Below are positions 60,322 to 64,000 of a DNA stretch of 64,000 nucleotides, piece by piece (positions within the stretch are counted from its first letter, which is position 1; every line of letters begins with the position of its first letter). Both the position numbers and the translations under genes were made by a program. Location of the stretch: the NCBI GenBank assembly GCA_041649175.1, contig JBAZNR010000001.1, positions 783,497 through 847,496 of the forward strand, in the 5' to 3' direction. This DNA is from Candidatus Omnitrophota bacterium (lineage in GTDB: Bacteria; Omnitrophota; Gorgyraeia; Zapsychrales; JBAZNR01). The notes below the pieces were generated by a model, which worked only from the letters and a program-made list of their open reading frames with translations, did not search any database and was not told the origin of the DNA.

Positions 60322-60352
60322 ATGATCGGCCGGGCTTTAAAAAATATCAAAT

Positions 60353-61690
60353 ATGGTTAATCGTAAGCGTATCGTCTTAGCTTCCAATTCTGCTCAAAGA
60401 AAAAGGCTGCTCAAACTGCTTGGCCTAAAATTCATTGTCTCTCCAAGTGCCATCAAGGAATCAAATCGCATCAAAACAACCTGCGCGTCTTTAGTGAAAG
60501 ATAATGCGCTACGAAAGGCCAGGGATGTTGCCCGGAAATTTCCTGAGTCTATCGTGATCGGCGCGGATACGCTTGTTTATTCGGGAGATAAAAAGATATT
60601 AGGAAAGCCTAAAGACCTTATTCATGCAAAAAGAATGCTCAAAACCCTTTCGCGTAAACCGCAATGGGTTTATACAGGACTGGCGGTTATGGACACAACG
60701 ACAAAAAAGATCATTTTAGGATGCGAAAAAACGAAGGTTTTTATGAACTCATTATCGGATAAGCAGATCGATTCATACCATCGCTTTATTTCTCCTCTGG
60801 ATAAAGCGGGAGGGTTTGACATTGAGCATAAGGGTGGGTTATTTATCCGCAGGATCGAAGGCTGTTATTTTAATGTGGTGGGCCTTCCGGTCGCCAGGCT
60901 TTGCGCGATGCTAAGGAAAGTTGGTGTTCATGTTTTCTCTCTGGCTGTTATTTTTATGTTCAGCGGATGTGCCACCGAATATAATTTAGCCACGCAACAA
61001 CAAGAAACGCTTTTATACGGAACGGACAAAGAGGTCAGTATCGGAGAATCGATCGCCCGGGAATTTGATAAACAGTTCAAGATCAATACCGATATCGACC
61101 TTAACGAGCGAGTTTCGAATATTGCCCGAAAGATCGTTGAGGTTTGCGACCGCCAGGAATTGGTTTATACGGTGAAGATCATTGACGACGACAAAGTTAA
61201 CGCGGTGAGCCTTCCCGGAGGATTCATTTATATTTTTCGCGGCATTCTTGACAAGGCTGAAAGCGATGATGAGCTTGCTTGCGTTATTGCCCATGAGGTG
61301 GGGCATATCACGGCCAAACACGCCATGAAAAAGATCGAAGCCATGTATGGGTACACATTTTTGAAGCTTCTCGCGGTCCAATCCGGCAGTGCTAATTTAG
61401 CCCAAGGAGTTGACGCGGCGTTCGCGACCATGTTCACCGCGTATTCACAAGAAGATGAGTTTATGTCAGACAGGCTTGGCATTAAATACGCCCAGAAGGC
61501 AGGGTACGATCCAAATGGAATGGCTAATTTCTTAAAACGGCTAAAAAAGTTAGAAGAAAAAGATACCTCCAGAGAATTAAATTATTGGCGGACGCATCCC
61601 TATACCAGCAAGAGAATATCGGCGGCCAATCAGGAGATTTCCGGTGGATTGGAATTTAGAGATTATTTGAATTTAACGGGAGAGAAATAA
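60353..61690 (+). CDS. maf: in-frame fusion: Maf nucleotide pyrophosphatase (aa 1-185) + signal/lipobox segment + M48 zinc metallopeptidase (HEVGH)
   Basis: Maf motifs (ILASNSAQRKRLL, GADTLV) then MLRKVGVHVFSLAVIFMFSGC then HEVGH...E. There is no stop codon between the domains. Confidence 0.65.
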   Translation: MVNRKRIVLASNSAQRKRLLKLLGLKFIVSPSAIKESNRIKTTCASLVKDNALRKARDVARKFPESIVIGADTLVYSGDKKILGKPKDLIHAKRMLKTLSRKPQWVYTGLAVMDTTTKKIILGCEKTKVFMNSLSDKQIDSYHRFISPLDKAGGFDIEHKGGLFIRRIEGCYFNVVGLPVARLCAMLRKVGVHVFSLAVIFMFSGCATEYNLATQQQETLLYGTDKEVSIGESIAREFDKQFKINTDIDLNERVSNIARKIVEVCDRQELVYTVKIIDDDKVNAVSLPGGFIYIFRGILDKAESDDELACVIAHEVGHITAKHAMKKIEAMYGYTFLKLLAVQSGSANLAQGVDAAFATMFTAYSQEDEFMSDRLGIKYAQKAGYDPNGMANFLKRLKKLEEKDTSRELNYWRTHPYTSKRISAANQEISGGLEFRDYLNLTGEK

Positions 61691-61691
61691 T

Positions 61692-62156
61692 TTGGCGGCT
61701 TTTTTTTTAAGAATAATTCGAAAGTGTTTTTTGTTCAGTTTCTTATTTTTAACCGCATGCGCATCCGATCGTGATCTTGCCGCCGGGCAAAACCAAGTTT
61801 GCTTTCAAGAACAATGCCTCAATGTTGAGTTAGCGCAAACCAAAGGTGAGTTAACAAAGGGGCTGCAGTTCAGGGAGAATATGGATCGCAATGCGGGGAT
61901 GCTTTTTATTTTTCCGCAAAATGATACGTATGATTTTTGGATGAAAGATACTTTAATGCCCTTGGATATTATTTGGATCAGCGAGGATAAAAAAGTTATT
62001 TATATTTCAGAAAATACGCCGCCTTGCCGGCAGGAACAATGCCCCGTCTATGGCCCGGGCCAAGAATTATCTCGTTATGTCCTTGAAGTCAATGCGGGTG
62101 CCGCAAACCGTTTGGGTATAAAAATAGGTGATGAAGCTCATTTTATTTTGGAATAA
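61692..62156 (+). CDS. DUF192 family protein with a lipoprotein-like signal peptide
   Basis: LFLTACAS, then the MPLDIIWI motif typical of DUF192/COG1430. Confidence 0.6.
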   Translation: MAAFFLRIIRKCFLFSFLFLTACASDRDLAAGQNQVCFQEQCLNVELAQTKGELTKGLQFRENMDRNAGMLFIFPQNDTYDFWMKDTLMPLDIIWISEDKKVIYISENTPPCRQEQCPVYGPGQELSRYVLEVNAGAANRLGIKIGDEAHFILE

Positions 62157-62211
62157 AGTTTCGCCGATACTTTCATAGGAGCATTTTCATTTTAGTGCTA
62201 AAATACTACCG

Positions 62212-63705
62212 ATGATAGATATTGCTAATATTATTACGGCCCACCACTATGACTTCAATCCTTATTCTGTTCCTCCGATCATTGTTGCCAGCCTTGTTTT
62301 TTTATTGGGATTTTTCGCTTTTAGCCTAGAGAGAGAAACGCAATTCAATCGTTCTCTTTTGTATATGTGCGCCAGTTCGACGATCTGGCTTTTTGGCTAT
62401 AGTTTTGTGCTTAATGCCCAAATAGAACAGGTAGCATTTTTCTGGACGCGCATTATGTATTCGGGGCTGGTTGTTTTTCCGGCGACACTTCTGCATATTT
62501 CTTTAGCGTATACTAATCGTTACGAATCAGAACAGCGCTTTATTAAGGGAGCGTATATTGTTTCGGTATTATTCATAGGACTGGTGTGGGCCGGAGGTTT
62601 TTTAAGCGGTGTTAGAAATTATCCGTGGGGTTTTCACCCTGAGGCGGGGACATGGCAGCCGCTTTTTCTTATTTTTATTTTATTTTGCCCCATCCTAGGG
62701 CTGCTTAATCTCATAAAATATTATTTTAGCCTCACCGAGAAACTTGATAAGAAAAGAACGGAATATCTCATCATTGCTTTTATTTTTGTTTCCTTGAGCG
62801 CGTTCGATATTTTAGCGAGCTACGGCATTAAAACATATCCCTTCGGGTATATCGCGACGCTCATCTTTGTTGTGGTCATGACGTTTTCGATCATCAAGTA
62901 CCGGAATTTGATGGTCGAAAGTTATGCCAGGGAATTGGAGCGTAAGGTTGCTGAGAAAACACAAGAGATGTCAAAAATAGTAGAGGAATTACGTAAAACC
63001 CAGGTAAAGCTTATTGAAACCGGAAAAATTTCTGCCTTGGCTAGTTTAAGCGCGGGAATTCTGCATCAAGTCAGCCAGCCCGTTACAGCCATTCACGGTT
63101 TCGCCCGGTTTGTCAAAAAAGAAATGAAAGAAGACAATGCTTTTTATAAGCCGATCAAGATCATTGAAGAGCAAGCGGTGTATCTTAAAGATATGTTAGA
63201 AGATCTTATGGAGCTTATCCGCCATCGGGAGATCAAAAAAGAGAATATTAATGTGAACGCCAGCATCAAAAGAGCGACGGACCTTTTAACCGATGAATTG
63301 CGCATTAAGCGTGTTAACTGGAGCCTGAATTTTGCGGAAAATCTTCCCTTGGTCTATGCCGATGCGGTCCATATCCAACAGATATCCATGAATATTTTGG
63401 TCAATGCGATGCAGGCATTGTCGGTAGCGGCAAAAGGGGAAGACCGGATCATTAAAATTACGACAAGATTCGACGCGGTTATGAACAAGGTCGTTATTAC
63501 GTTCCAGGATAACGGCCCCGGTATTCCCGAGGAAGACCAGCATCAGATCTTTGAACCATTTTTCTCAACGAAGACAAAAGGTTCCGGGATCGGTTTAGCG
63601 CTTTGCAAGGACCTGGTGGCGGAGCACGGCGGAGAAATTAAATTTGAAAGCCATCCGGGCCAAGGAACAGCTTTTATCATTATGCTTCCGCCGGTTTCAA
63701 AGTAG
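62212..63705 (+). CDS. sensor histidine kinase with an N-terminal 7-TM sensor domain
   Basis: Seven hydrophobic segments, a coiled-coil, an H-box region, then HATPase N/G-boxes (NAMQA, DNGPGIP, GSGIGLAL). Confidence 0.75.
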   Translation: MIDIANIITAHHYDFNPYSVPPIIVASLVFLLGFFAFSLERETQFNRSLLYMCASSTIWLFGYSFVLNAQIEQVAFFWTRIMYSGLVVFPATLLHISLAYTNRYESEQRFIKGAYIVSVLFIGLVWAGGFLSGVRNYPWGFHPEAGTWQPLFLIFILFCPILGLLNLIKYYFSLTEKLDKKRTEYLIIAFIFVSLSAFDILASYGIKTYPFGYIATLIFVVVMTFSIIKYRNLMVESYARELERKVAEKTQEMSKIVEELRKTQVKLIETGKISALASLSAGILHQVSQPVTAIHGFARFVKKEMKEDNAFYKPIKIIEEQAVYLKDMLEDLMELIRHREIKKENINVNASIKRATDLLTDELRIKRVNWSLNFAENLPLVYADAVHIQQISMNILVNAMQALSVAAKGEDRIIKITTRFDAVMNKVVITFQDNGPGIPEEDQHQIFEPFFSTKTKGSGIGLALCKDLVAEHGGEIKFESHPGQGTAFIIMLPPVSK

Positions 63706-63778
63706 CGGATCAGAAGGATTTTGCTACTTAACTTTTTTATTTCGTAGTATAATGCGGCTGATTTTAAAAGGAAAAATA

Positions 63779-64000
63779 ATGAATGAGAAATTGAAAATAC
63801 TTGTCGTAGACGACAAAAAAGTTATTGGTGACCTTTTTGATTTTACCTTAGGTTATAGCGGGCACAAGATCTGTGTTATGGATTCAGCCAATGCGGCTTT
63901 AGAGATCTTGCGAAGCGAGAGTTTTGATGTTGTCTTTTTGGATATTGTGATGCCGGAGCAAGACGGCATCGACACGCTAAAAAACATTAAGGCGATCGCG
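63779..64000 (+). CDS. 3'-partial response regulator receiver domain
   Basis: KILVVDD...D at the phospho-acceptor position (FLDIVMP), running to the window edge. Confidence 0.7.
   Translation, partial: MNEKLKILVVDDKKVIGDLFDFTLGYSGHKICVMDSANAALEILRSESFDVVFLDIVMPEQDGIDTLKNIKAIA

Overview
This is a 64 kb chromosomal segment with about 80 tightly packed genes, one tRNA-Gln(UUG), no rRNA, no CRISPR and no recognisable transposase or integrase. The host looks diderm: it carries bamA, skp, lpxD, an lpxC-fabZ fusion, lpxA, lpxI, lolC/E, lolD, lptF and lptG. Yet the gene order is strikingly Firmicutes-like, including ispE-spoVG-glmU-prs-ctc-pth-rpsF-ssb-rpsR-rplI-dnaB, mcsA-mcsB-clpC-radA-yacL-ispD-ispF-cysE-cysS, and tmk-holB-yaaT-metG. 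Most of the window is ordinary housekeeping: lipid A and outer-membrane biogenesis, isoprenoid MEP genes, aminoacyl-tRNA synthetases, ribosomal proteins, protein quality control and tRNA modification. The most unusual part lies between metG and mtnA (about 49.75-52.09 kb). It contains a nested AT-rich palindromic non-coding element, a lysine/alanine-rich zinc-ribbon protein with RPxH repeats, and a lipoprotein gene flanked by 16-bp direct repeats with three GTGTCyyyGG boxes. These are followed by a clearly AT-rich two-gene insert: a 271-aa membrane-anchored protein plus a 67-aa TM peptide with no recognisable homology. That insert is the best candidate for an acquired, undescribed module. Other noteworthy items are an in-frame Maf-M48 lipoprotein-peptidase fusion, SpoVG with a zinc-ribbon insertion, a tri-domain acyl-ligase/ACP/acyltransferase, two unannotated micro-ORFs (one translationally coupled to an NSS transporter), and consensus sigma70 promoters upstream of lysS and bamA; the bamA promoter's -10 box ends 6 nt before the bamA ATG, so the transcript may be leaderless. 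All calls are from reading the sequence and recognising motifs; no database searches were run.
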